DNA of 64,000 nt from contig CM082589.2 of assembly GCA_040954595.2 (NCBI GenBank), forward strand, positions 9,746,894 to 9,810,893. Reading direction: 5' to 3'. This DNA is from Balanoglossus misakiensis. Lineage: Eukaryota > Animalia > Hemichordata. The position numbers and the translations under genes were made by a program. The notes beneath the pieces were generated by a model, which was not told where the DNA came from, ran no database searches, and saw only the letters and a list, made by a program, of their open reading frames with translations. Shown here one piece after another: positions 41,253-53,658 of the stretch. The stretch's first letter is position 1. The number at the start of each line of letters is the position of its first letter.

Positions 41253-42170
41253 CTCTGGATGCCAAGATATGGAAAAGTAGGTCAAAGGTCACCTGAGGTC
41301 ATGCAAAATTTGGGCAAGACATTTTGACCCTATACTGGTCCATGTTCAACAAAACAAAACCTATAGCCCTATTGGTTAGCCTGGAATTAGGTATGCACAT
41401 AATTAATGAGATATGCAGGTGTCACAGGTGACCTTCAATTTTGGCTTTTCAATTTTAGTCCCAACCCTCCAAACGCGAAGTCTGTACCTGCTCTGGATGC
41501 CAAGATATGGAAAAGTAGGTCAAAGGTCACCTGAGATCATGCAAAATTTGGGCAAGAAATTTTGACCCTATACTGGTCCATGTTCAACAAAAAGCAAACC
41601 TATAGCCCTATTGGTTAGCCTGGAATTAGGTATGCACAAAATTAATGAGATATGCAGGTGTCACAGGTGACCCCCAATTTTGGCTTTTCAATTTTAGTCC
41701 CAACCCTCCAAACGCCAAGTCTGTACCTGCTCTGGATGCCAAGATATGGAAAAGTAGGTCAAAGGTCACCTGAGGTCATGCAAAATTTGGGTAAGAAATT
41801 TTGACCCTATACTGGTCCATGCTCAACAAAAACCAAAAGTATAGCCCTATTGGTTAGCCTGGAATTAGGTATGCACATAATTAATGAGATATGCAGGTGT
41901 CACAGGTGACCCATATTTTGGCTTTTCAATTTTAGTCCCAACCCTCCAAACGCCAAGTCTGTACCTGCTCTGGATGCCGAGATATAGCAAAGTAGGTCAA
42001 AGGTCACCTGAGGTCACCCAAAATTTGGGCAAGAAATTTTGACCCTATACTGGTCCATGTCCCACAAGAACGAAACCTCTAGCCCTATTAGTTAGCCCGG
42101 AATTAGGTATGCACATAATTAATGTGTTAAGCAGGTGTTACAGGTAAGCCCAAAAATTTGCCTTTTATTT
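41253..42170 (+). repeat. 238/239-bp tandem repeat, ~3.8 copies
   Basis: CTCTGGATGCC[A/G]AGATAT starts at 41253, 41491, 41730 and 41968. The last copy is more diverged. Confidence 0.97.
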
Positions 42171-42329
42171 TGGCCCCATTGTGCTCACGGACCAATAGAC
42201 AGTCACTGTACAGGACTATTGCACAGACCAGAATTCCACAATAAGACGTGGACATAGCTTAACCATAGAGGTATAAGTAAAGTTATAAATTTAATAAAAA
42301 GACTAAAAAATTCATAAAAAATAAAACAT

Positions 42330-42576
42330 CCATGATATTAACTTAACACTTACAGGTCGATGTGAGGTTGACATAAGGTACATGCATACCAATTTTCAAA
42401 GCAATCTGACCAGTAGTTGTTGACTTTCAGAGTTTTGATAAATTTCACATTTTACTGGCTAATTTGCATATTTTTGGGCCTGGCAACTTCGTTTGGACAA
42501 ACTCCCATCTACAGCCCAGCCTGCACCTACACACCAAATATTGAGGTGTTACGCACAGCGGTTTTCAAGTTTTTGA
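42330..42576 (+). mobile_element. Possible Helitron/Helentron non-autonomous element body between the tandem arrays
   Basis: CATGCATACCAATTTTCAAAGCAATCTGACCAGTAGTT and CACACCAAATATTGAGG...GCGGTTTTCAAG resemble the core motif of non-autonomous Helitron/Helentron repeats, recognised from memory. Termini not defined. Confidence 0.4.
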
Positions 42577-45417
42577 CGGTAAATAAACGAGGCTGTATTT
42601 GGAAGCAACCATGTAAATTTTACAACTATCCGTCGATCTACAGAGTCTGGTGGAAAACTTTCTTATGCGCATAGGCCTATTACGTGTTCTGCGCCTCACA
42701 ACAGAAATCGGTAAATAAACGAGGCTGTTTGGAAGCAACCATGTAAATTTTAGAACTATCCGTCGATCTACAGAGTCTAGTGGAAAAACGTTCATGTGCG
42801 CATAGGCCTATCATGTGTTATGCACATCACAACAGAATTTTGTAAACAAACGAGGCTTTGTTTGGAAGCAACAATGGAAATTTTAGAACTATCTGTCGAT
42901 CTACGGAGTATAGTGGAAAACGTTCATATGCGCATAGGCCTATATATGTGTTCTGCGCATCACAACAGAATTTTGTAAACAATCGAGGATGTGTTTGGAA
43001 GCAATCATGGAAATTTTAGAACTATCCGTCGATCTACAGAGTCTAGTGGGAAACTTTCTTATGCGCATAGGCATATGTATGTGTTCAGCGCATCACAACA
43101 GAATTTTATAAATGAACGAGGCTGTGTTTGGAAACAACCATGGAAATTTTACAACTATCCGTCGATCTAAGGAGTCTGGTGGAAAACTTTCTTATGCGCA
43201 TAGGCCTATTACGTGCTCTGCGCCTCACAACAGAATTCGGTAAATAAACGAGGCTGTTTGGAAGCAACCATGGAAATTTTAGAACTATCCGTCGATCTAC
43301 AGAGTCTAGTGGAAAAATGTCTTATGCGCATAGGCCTATCATGTGTTCTGCGCCTCACAACAGAAATCGGTAAATAAACGAGGCTGTTTGGAAGCAACCA
43401 TGGACATTGTACAACTATCTTTCGATCTACGGAGTATAGTGGAAAACGTTCATATGCGCATAGGCCTATATATGTGTTCTGCGCATCACAACAGAATTTT
43501 GTAAACAATCGAGGATGTGTTTGGAAGCAATCATGGAAATTTTAGAACTATCCGTCGATCTACAGAGTCTAGTGGGAAACTTTCTTGTGCGCATAGGCAT
43601 ATGTATGTGTTCAGCGCATCACAACAGAATTTTGTAAATGAACGAGGCTGTGTTTGGAAACAACCATGGAAATTTTAGAACTATCTCTCGATCTAAAGTT
43701 GAAAAGTTTCTTATGCGCATAGGCCTATTACGTGTTCTGCGCCTCACAACAGAATTCGGTAAATAAACGAGGCTGTTTGGAAGCAACAATGGAAATTTTA
43801 GAACTATCCGTCGATCTACAGAGTCTAGTGGAAAAATGTCTTATGCGCATAGGCCTATCATGTGTTCTGCGCCTCACAACAGAAATCGGTAAATAAACGA
43901 GGCTGTTTGGAAGCAACCATGGAAATTGTACAACTATCCGTCGATCTACATAGTCTAGTGGAAAACGTTCTTATGCGCATAGGCCTATCTATGTGTTATG
44001 CGCATCACAACAGAAATCGGTAAATAAACGAGGCTGTATTTGGAAGCAATCATGAAATTTTACAACTATCCGTCGATCTACAGAGTCTGGTGGAAAACTT
44101 CCTTATGCGCATAGACCTATTACGTGTTCTGCGCCTCATAACAGAATTCGGTAAATAAACGATGCTGTTTGGAAGCAACCATGGAAATTGTACAACTATC
44201 CGTCGATCTACAGAGTCTAGTGGAAAACGTTCTTATGCGCATAGGCCTATCTATGTGTTATGCGCATCACAACAGAAATCGGTAAATAAACGAGGCTGTG
44301 TTTGGAAGCAACCATGGATATTTTAGAACTATCTCTCGATCTACAGAGTCTATAGTGGAAAACTTTCTTATGCACATAGGCCTATCTATGTGTTCTGCGC
44401 CTCACAACAGAAATCGGTAAATAAACGAGGCTGTTTAAAAGCAACCATGGAAATTTTACAGCTATCCGTCGATCTACAGAGTCTAGTGGAAACGTTCTTA
44501 TGCGCATAGGCCTATATATGTGTTCTGCGTATCACAACAGAATTTTGTAAACAAACGAGGCTGTGTTTGGAAGCAACCATGGACATTTTAGAACTATCTC
44601 TCGATCTACAGAGTCTATAGTGGAAAACTTTCTTATGCACATATGCCTATCTATGTGTTCTGCGCCTCACAACAGAATTCGGTAAATAAACGAGGCTGTT
44701 TGGAAGCAACCATGGAAATTTTACAACTATCTGTCGATCTACAGAGTCTAGTGGAAAACGTTATTATGCGCATAGGCCTATATATGTGTTCTGCGCATCA
44801 CAACAGAATTTTGTAAACAAACGAGGCTGTTTGGAAGCAACCATGGAAATTTTACAACTATCCGTCGATCTACAGAGTCTAGTGGAAAACGTTATTATGC
44901 GCATAGGCCTATATATGTGTTCTGCGCATCACAACAGAATTTTGTAAACAAACGAGGCTGTGTTTGGAAGCAACCATGGAAATTTTAGAACTATCTCTCG
45001 ATCTACAGAGTCTAGTGGAAAACTTTATTATGCACATATGCCTATCTATGTGTTCTGCGCATCACAACAGAAATCGGTAAATAAACGAAGCTGTTTGGAA
45101 GCAACCATGGAAATTTTACAACTATCCGTCGATCTACAGAGTCTGGTGGAAAACTTTCTTATGCGCATAGGCCTATTACGTGCTCTGCGCCTCACAACAG
45201 AATTCGGTAAATAAACGAGGCTGTTTGGAAGCAACCATGGAAATTTTAGAACTATCCGTCGATCTACAGAGTCTAGTGGAAAAATGTCTTATGCGCATAG
45301 GCCTATCATGTGTTCTGTGCCTCACAACAGAAATCGGTAAATAAACGAGGCTGTTTGGAAGCAACCATGGAAATTGTACAACTATCCGTCGATCTACAGA
45401 GTCTAGTGGAAAACGTT
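42577..45417 (+). repeat. ~131-bp satellite (130-134 bp), left part, ~21-22 copies
   Basis: Unit CGGTAAATAAACGAGGCTGTTTGGAAGCAACCATGG...TTATGCGCATAGGCCTAT...CACAACAGAAAT starts at 42577, 42709, ~42840, ~42973 and so on. Confidence 0.98.
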
Positions 45418-45662
45418 CACAGCACGAAATAGGCATTTTAACTCATTTTATGCAATTGCATAATACTGCATAAAGTTGGTCTTCTTTTACAAGCCCCTTT
45501 ATGCAACCGCTTAAAGAGGTGTGAAGTTGGTCAACAGTGTTTATCTTGCTATCTCCTTTAATTGGTTGCGTAAATGAGTATAATGGCTTACCGATTATAT
45601 GCACCTTTATGCAAAGTATAAAGATGGTTAAATGACTCAACGAATATATACACATTTATGCA
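45418..45662. repeat. Left terminus and subterminal repeats of the CACTA element
   Basis: TTTATGCA at 45447, 45498, 45606 and 45655; TGCATAAA at 45467. Confidence 0.85.
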
Positions 45663-46689
45663 CGTTATAAAGACGGCCACAGTTTTCAGGAAGCGCCAGC
45701 CATCGGCAACCTGGTCGGCTACTTTGCGGTACTGGTGGCCTAGCTACTTTTTCTTATTAAAATACCACCACCTCATTCGATCTTTGACAGTCATACAATT
45801 GAAACAATAGCCTAATTTAACCGTTTTGCATTGCTATATGTCATCGACATTTGAAGTGCATGCCAGAACGAATGTCATTGGGCCGACTAGGTCCCACTGG
45901 CTTTGAACATCATGTCACGACTATGGTATATGTCATATATGTCAGACGATCGGTTATTAGCATATCAGTGTGGGATTGTGGCAGGTGGAGGCGCAGTACA
46001 GGTTGCGATAATGATCATTTGAGCCTTCTCTGTAGCGTTTGTAAAACGCCGTTGTTATAAAAATCACAAATAAATATCTCTTCATTACATTGACATGATT
46101 TTTATGCGAATAAACAACACATTGGCATATGATTTCAAAGTACGGTAGGCAACAAGGTACAGTCGCGTGTGCGGCGCTCCATATATCTCGGGACACTTGC
46201 GCAATGCCACTCAGCCTCCTAGATGAAAAAAATCCGACCACGCAGTGGTTGGAACCCCATTCATGGCGCTAAGCGCTGTAACATTTATTAGAACAATATG
46301 ATACAATGTTTATATGCTTATTGACCTTATAATGCATACATGCGTCTAATAGTGGAAGTGACCTCATGAATGACATTGTTTTCAAGCTCATCCTTTCATG
46401 AATAACGTGTGACCAACAGCGCAAAACTGGCCAATTACGGTTCCAACATGCGTCTATGGTTCCAACAACAGACAAAATAAAAACTAGAAAAGTATACAGA
46501 GATACAAAACCAGCAAATATTGCTTCTAGGGTGATTAAAGCCATGATTGACGCCCTGAAAGATGTGAAATGACTCAGTTGTGTTCACTATTCATCAAGAA
46601 TTGAAAGGAAGCAGCAAGTTATGGTGAAAACAAAAGCGGACATAAGGCAAAAATACGGGAGTTGACAGTGACACGTTCGGCATAGCGGG

Positions 46690-46772
46690 CAGACATAAAT
46701 GCGTCGGGGGAAAGCCGGGCCATTAGTGATAGCGTCGGGGCCCCCGACGCTGTTTGGGCCTGGGGAGAGCTG
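46690..46772. mobile_element. Orphan GC-rich DNA-transposon end (hAT-like) within the CACTA cargo
   Basis: The minus strand reads CAGCTCTCCCCAGGCCC, with hairpin AGCGTCGGGGCCCCCGACGCT and repeated GCGTCGGGG. No partner end or TSD found. Confidence 0.4.
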
Positions 46773-47779
46773 TATATTTACAAATCAGACAAGAGTAGTC
46801 ATCAAAACTCTTAGTATACTCAATACTTATAGTATGTTTTAGGAATGCACAATAACCCGTAATGCATTGGGTTTAAAATGTTTCTTCCAGCGAAGAGAGC
46901 GAGAAGGGACTTGAAAACGTATGCCCCTTGAATCTTCGGAACAATAATAAATAGAAAACATACATGTGTAAAAGAAAGTTGTATCTAAAAACCGTCTAGT
47001 TTGCATTAGTCACATGCACTTCTCTTCGTAATGTTTATTCCGTAAACGCATCTATCGCAAGTTTTTAACACATTTCCCAGGTTTTAGACTCGGTTGGTCT
47101 AAATTGCCTGGAGGCGGTGAAGAAGGACCGTTTGTGTATCTTGTTGCAAGGTGCGGGTGTCCTTTGATCTGCACAGCACATAGGTTAATGGTAAAACTTA
47201 GCGTTTGAATAAACATTGATGTGCAAACACACGGAAAACGTTCCCACCACTGTTGCACCGATTAACATGTCAAACGTGTGTTTATGTTCTTGCCCTCCAG
47301 ACAAACATTCGAGGTTTTTAACACCGAGACCCCTGCATGAGTCGAAATGATGTCTGTGGAGAACGAGCTTCTCAGAATTACACATGCACAACACAGGCAT
47401 GTCTAAAATGACGTCCAACTATTGTCTCACCAAGAACATCGGTCACATGTATCTTTATTTGTACGTATGCGATGCTGATCCCTGTAATCGTAATGTAAAG
47501 CCCGATAAAATCAAGTGTGGACGCGCTGAACGCGCGTTGCCACTGCAGTGATTATCAATGTACCTACATGTAAAAGGAAGACTGATGATATAAATTATAT
47601 CCCTACTAGGCCTAGCACAGCCCATACGAAACAACAGCCTACGTTTCGGATGCGGCGCTCTTAATTTGTGTGGGCTGGCAATGAGCGCTGCACTGGATGC
47701 CTTCCAACTACATAACTCCCCCCCCCCCCCCCCAAACGTTCATGAACTATAGTAGTTCGAACAAATAAAAAGTATTGGC

Positions 47780-48520
47780 CTGTGGTGCGTGCCTGTGTTG
47801 CTGATCAGGACAGCATCGATAGACCAGCAAAGAATGTCTTGAAACATGGCTATAACTCTGGCATAATAGGCCTACTGACCAATTGTAGAAACAAAATCCA
47901 ATTGAAATTAAGCCCATCCCCGAAAGCGTGTTTTTCCGACGAGAATATCTCGAAATTTTTCGCGTAGAAGCGTTCTAATCGTTATTTCTAAATACTGGGG
48001 CCAGTATTTTGTCAGCGAAATCGCATTTCGTTCATTGCCGCTCCAACCAAAATTACAACAGATAGTACGCTCAATTATGCTCAGCCTGTTGAAATATTAA
48101 CATTCGACGGAGCCGGTGGTCCAGTCAGCGATCACGTGAAACACAGCTATTACTAAAAAAAGAGACTCGACTCGTCGCGGTGATATATAGGCCTAAATCG
48201 GCAAATGGCGTGCCGATTTGCGTTTACTCAAATGAAACTGAGTATCTAGCGAACCCCGTCATATTAAAATATAATATTACGGAGAGCTGTTCTCTGTGTT
48301 CCAATTACTAGCATGGCTCTAGTGATTCCTGTTTCTCCCCTGCCCTGTTAACGGGGAATTCAGTCGACAACACACCGTGCACACACAGCACGATGTAATC
48401 GACGGGGCGACGATCGTGCCAATAATCTGATGCTTCTTACAATCGAAGGATCAAGGTTGCAGACTTTCGTTTCAACCGAGCAAGGGAAACTTTCGCTTCG
48501 CGTGCAAATAGAAATCCTGT
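47780..48520 (+). pseudogene. Decayed hAT (ZNF862/C17orf113-like) transposase, C-terminal dimerisation region
   Basis: Manual translation across stops and shifts gives MALVIPVSPLPC*RG (for ALVIPVS..CERGFS) at ~48315-48360 and NNLMLLTIEGS/KVADFRFNRARETFASRANR at ~48420-48515. The left boundary is approximate. Confidence 0.75.
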
Positions 48521-49189
48521 TAATTCTACTAGAAGTTCATTTCCAATGACTGTAGAGCGTTACAGTATTAGTTACAACACCTGAATTTCGTTGACTTGAA
48601 TTCGGAAATGGCCGTAATTACGCGTTCGAGACTAGTCTGTGTTTTCCTGCCTACATTCGCGAGCTCCGTTTCGACTTGAGCGTGATAGGTGATAGCCTAT
48701 GACCGCTCTGATCAGAATTACACTAATTGTGTTGATTAATATTATTAGGTTAAACAGGATATTCCTCCGAGTCCACGAACGCTTACGACAGCAACTGATG
48801 CTATATGTATGTCTCTGCTCGCGGCAATGGAATACAAGGTCTTGTGCAACATAATATTTAGTCGTATCGCCAATTATAAAATGTCACAATTAAAATGACA
48901 TCGAATTATATCAGTCATCAGCGCTGGCCATTTGAGTTTGGATTTTCATTGTTCGACAGAGAATGATAATTTGATTGTAGCGTAGAAATCTTTGCACCGA
49001 CCGCGGCACATACAGCATCAAAGGACGCATCGATTGCTGCGCGTTCTCTTAATCATGCACGCGAAATGTTAGAATTAAGTAAAAATGTAGCAGAACCTTT
49101 TCTCTTGACGCAACAGAAATCTTGCCGATTCAGGGAGTTATGATAAATCGTTTCGCACACTTAGTGAAAAACACGGGAAGGCCCCGTAA

Positions 49190-50220
49190 CCGCCGAACAC
49201 TTATGTTTCGTTCTAGTGGTAAACTGACCGTGAACGTTGGTTGTATTACCGTCCTGGTGACGTTATGAACTGTAAATTCTGTCAGAAATTCAATAAACGA
49301 TCGTATAAAACAAGACGTCGTGCAAGTGACTGAGACAAGACACCATCAAAGTGCGCAGGCAGAGAGTGCAGCACATCAAGACGCTATGAAACGTGAACTG
49401 GTAGGCCCTAGACCTTAACAAGCAGAATATTGCCGAGTTTCATTGCCGAAGTAGTACAGACAGACACAATCTCACCGGCTTTCAGAGACTTTTATTTTTT
49501 AATAGCCAACAAGCGAATAATTCCCCATACCACGAATTTTGAGCCAGTGAATTACCGGTACTGACGCAACTCGGTTTATCAATGAAAGACAGTTTCCCGG
49601 AGAACCGGAGTCTGGGGGCCGTAGTCGGTTCTCGGGAACCTGTGTGAACGAGTATTGCGGCGACAAGTCGATAAAAAATCTATGAATCCTGACATCGGTC
49701 CTCGAGAATAAATCGATTAAAGAAATGTAGACTTGAATTTGTACTCAATAAATAAGGCTGTCACGGTAGACGAAACTACTGATGTCAACATAAGCGAGCA
49801 GTTGACTCGAACTGTAGACATTTACATGTAGATGAGTCCGGTAATTTATTATCAGTGAATTCAAAGTTCTTGAAACTCAATGAATCACTGAAACGTACCC
49901 GATACTGACAATGAACAGAGCGCGACACTTGGGGCGAAAACATAGCTCGGCATATGTTACGAAGTCTTTAGAAGAGAAAAAATCAGATTTGGCCTAGTTG
50001 GTATCGGCACCGATGAGTTATGACAGGCAAGAAATCTATCGTGGTTCGGCGCTTAAAATATTCAGCGAAGTCATAAGTCCAAACCGACTTCAACTGACAT
50101 TATTGCCCGCGATGTAGCTCCCACGAAGCGGCTTACTTCGATGTTGCGGCAGTTTTATGACTTCTACAGCGCTGTGCCGCACTACACGCAATTCAGATAA
50201 AACTGCGTGTCTGAGAAACT
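49190..50220 (+). pseudogene. Decayed hAT (ZNF862/C17orf113-like) transposase, N-terminal zinc finger and catalytic region
   Basis: WLYYRPGDVMNCKFCQK (~49238), ESAAHQDAMKREL, FYFLIA..IPHTTNFE (~49490-49545), VDETTDVNISEQL (D at 49769), LVGIGTD/VMTGKKS.VVRRLK (~49994-50060). Many stops and frameshifts. Confidence 0.85.
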
Positions 50221-50934
50221 GCACGCCTCTCTATACTATTTCTCTTAGATCACTGCCTAAGTTTCCAAAGACGTGCGTTCGTCCCTGCGCGTTTTTCATC
50301 ATTTCAAATAATATACTCCAAACTGAAGCGACAAGCATGGTTTCTCTTCTTATTTCTGATCACATCAGTATAAAAGACCAGAAACATTGAATCTCAAACA
50401 GTTTTCATGTTTTCGTTTACGGCCTAACGGTAACCACCACCCCCACGACCGCTTCCGCGGACAGACTCTCCCACAACCCTGCGTATAGTTATAGGCGGCG
50501 AGAGGGGATGTGAGAGAGTCTGATACTTCCATGTAACTTGTATGTACACCCTCTCAAAATCTTGAAGGGGCACGGACTGGGGAGAGACTTACGTCTCACC
50601 CAGAAATTGTTATTGAGTGAATGCGAATGTAATTGAAGAGCTGCCAGAGTCAAATTCTGACCTCTTGCTACCGGTGTTTGAACACGAAATTGTAACCCAT
50701 GTTGCGCTGTACATCTGAATGTAAAAGCACCCTGCAGCATATAATTGACTGCCAAAATTTCTTTAATATCCAGTCGAGAAGTAGATGCTCTCCGAACCGA
50801 ACTCAGACTGTAGTCGAGCTAATGACATGTGCTAGCGAACAGTGCCGGCCGCACCGTCTTCTCAATTATGCCCTACATGACAGCAACTGGATTGCGAATC
50901 TACTGACTGCACTACGCGCAATTTGTTCACACTG

Positions 50935-50972
50935 CACGGGCGAAATCGACAATTTAACTCATTTTATGCAAT
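50935..50972 (+). repeat. Relic internal copy of the CACTA left terminus
   Basis: CACGGGCGAAATCGACAATTTAACTCATTTTATGCAAT versus the terminus CACAGCACGAAATAGGCATTTTAACTCATTTTATGCAAT. 20 bp are identical (50953-50972 = 45437-45456). Confidence 0.7.
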
Positions 50973-52442
50973 CATTATACACCCCTTGTTTGGCGCTATC
51001 GAGGTGTGTGATCAGTTCAATTTTAGTTCTGTAAATGCGATATTAGCTTAGTAGTGATACAACTGCCAACCACATCATAAAACGCGGTTTTAACCAGCAT
51101 GTCTGACACGGCCTTCAATCTTTATGATTTTCCATTGTGTACTCAAGATTCCCAAGCAGTGAATGACTTCCATTGATATGCTAATTAGAGTCTTTGCACA
51201 AAGACAATGAATCAGATCAGAGTGAAGGTCAAAGTTTGCTGCTTGTATTTGAATCTTGAAAACTCCTTGGAAAATCGCCTGAATTACGCTCGTTTTGTTT
51301 CCCTTTGCCGTTTAAACGTCCTCCCTATTAAAGATTGGTCGCAGTATTAAAATGACCCAATTTCGTTATGATATATGGCTCACAGCTACTGGTGGGGAAA
51401 CCAGCAGAGCACCACCCCCATAGCTGCGTTACACAGCCAGGTCAAATAATGATAGATTATTAACACATTGTTGTTTTCCAATAAACTGTTCAGTCTGTGG
51501 GCAGAATCATTTTGTCCCCTGGGACTGAGGCCTTTACCATGCATAGCAGAAAAAGCTTATGTCTGCTTTGTTTCATGAAACTGTATACATGTACTTCTTA
51601 ATTTGACCCTTAATCAAAACACACACACATACACACTAGTTTATGTGGGTAACAAAGTTACTGGAGACAAGTAATTCATTCATGAAAGTAATAAATTTAT
51701 TTCAGATATGAATATTCAAGTAAAATGTACAACTATGAAAAATATACAAGATGCATCATACTTAACACTGAAAATTACAGGGGAGCATGACATAGGTTTC
51801 TTTCTCTCTTATATTAATATGCAACAACTCTGCGGTTGATTGCACTGACAACTTGGCTATTATCTTTCAAATCAGTACAGGCAAAGCGGCAAGAAATACG
51901 ATGTATTGGCAAAAAGCTACACTTCCCATATGGTTCAAATGTCTTCTGTTGCCAGACTTCAACACAATTACCAAATTTGTCCTTGTTTTCATGTGGCTTA
52001 TACCATCTTACCATTGCAAAGTTGTGTACAAGTCTCTTGCCATCTATCTCAACAGAGTGACTAAAATACCAATCAACCTGACAAGGTCGAAGATTACATG
52101 GAGAAATATCAAAGTCCCCAGTGTTACCTGCCCATTTAGCCATAACTCTTGCACTTCTTAACATTCTGCATGCCATTTTAGACCCAAATCTCTCTCCAAA
52201 GATATATACATATGCATATTTTTTTACAAGTTTACTAATACAGCTTGCAACTTTATTTGGATACATATACTCGTATACAGCTTTAATTAGGTTCGTATCC
52301 TCAACAGAAAGGGCTCCTTCAACATACGCATTTGGGACATATACAGATTCATTACATCCCCAGTTAATGTTTTCCATTAATTTTGCATCCGGAGCACTCA
52401 GAAGAAAGAAATTGCTCGCCTTGCATACATCTTGTTTTGATC

Positions 52443-53658
52443 CAATCTGATTAAAATCAGATGTAGGGAACGGCGACGTGGTTTTTTTATGCTGTCGCCT
52501 CACACTACATCTGACCAACTACAACTGGAGATCTCGCTGAACTCCGCGAGAATTACTGGGATTCTAATCCAATCAGAAGGCGCCTTATAGCAAATGATAG
52601 GCAACCCACAATCACATGACCTGGCCCCTTGCGGTTGTTACCATGGAGCTACCACAGACATAAATCCCGGGCGCGAGAGTCGAATCAGCGTGGGGAATGG
52701 TTTCGAGCCAGTTCAGCGTGACGACTGAACCTCTACATTCCACCGGTCAACGAAATGTATAAGACGTGGCAACATGTCGCAGTAAAATTGTTAGAGAATC
52801 GATTACATTTGTGTAAGGCCGTCCCAGGGAGAGATTCTGTCGCTGCGATCGTTTGTTTACACGAGAGTGCACTGACTTGACTAGCTCTGCGTGCAGGTCT
52901 GTGTGTTCCCGGCGTTACACGGACGTTAGAAGAAGTTAATCGCATCATATTTGGGGTCGGTTGAAGTAGACAGGGAAAGGATTTTGCTTCGATAAAATCG
53001 AATTTCGACAGAAAAAGCTGCGGTCGGGCGTCTGGGTCCGGACCGCAGACGCAACAGTTTTGTCTATGGGGCCTTATGCAGGGCTGTGGTGCGTCGGGAA
53101 CACACAGACCTGAAGGCGGAGCTATGACTTGACATTTCTTAGCCGAAGTTAGCGTTCTTTTTATAAATCTGTCACATAAATTGTTTTGGGATACTTGGCA
53201 GTGAAATTTGGTTTATTTTTTATAAACTTTTACATGAAGTACGTCATTTTCCGACTGGCAGCATGACTACGAGGGCGAACATGACTTGTTAGGAGAGTTT
53301 ATAAATGATCAACGACAGTTTATCATTTGTATATGGCTACAGCTCGACGTTTCCACTGCTCTGCGAAAACCACTCGAATACGATGACGCCAAACAATAAA
53401 AGGTACCATGGGATTACATGTAAATTGTTCACAAGAGAAAGCCAATCTTTCGTATTCTGTGCGATACTCGAAGTCAACAACAACATTTCTCCCATCTCCC
53501 AGTGCAATTCTTTAGTCGGCATAACACGCAATCTGATTGGCCGGGTCGGAACGCGAGAGTTCAGCGAGATCTCCAGTTGTAGTTGGTCAGATGTAGTGTG
53601 AGGCGACAACATAAAAAAACCAAGTCGCCGTTCCCTACATCTGATTTTAATCAGATTG
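52443..53658. mobile_element. 1216-bp non-autonomous element with ~100-bp TIRs and 9-bp TSD (AcademH-like or MULE-like)
   Basis: TIR CAATCTGATTAAAATCAGATGTAGGGAACGGCGAC...GAGATCTCGCTGAACTC at both ends. Perfect TSD GTTTTGATC at 52434-52442 and 53659-53667. Internal IR CAGGTCTGTGTGTTCCC/GGGAACACACAGACCTG. Confidence 0.96.

Noticed and set aside
11293-45417. CRISPR-like array
   Set aside because: There are no unique spacers and no cas genes; these are contiguous tandem repeats in eukaryotic DNA.
42417-45436. ORFs within the 131-bp satellite
   Set aside because: Short repetitive translations of non-coding tandem repeat.
48790-48900. SLLAAMEYKVLCNIIFSRI resembling a non-LTR RT N-terminal motif
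   Set aside because: No downstream RT motifs (QxGF, FxDxxKAFD, PQG, YADD) were found; probably chance.
51814-52518. 234-aa ORF as an independent gene
   Set aside because: Its first ~25 codons come from the inserted TIR; the rest is the severed C-terminus of the CACTA transposase.
52502-53599. Apparent CACTA-terminated element (CACTACATCTG...CAGATGTAGTG)
   Set aside because: The inverted repeat extends ~60 bp further out to 52443/53658, where a perfect 9-bp TSD lies. CACTA is internal to the TIR.
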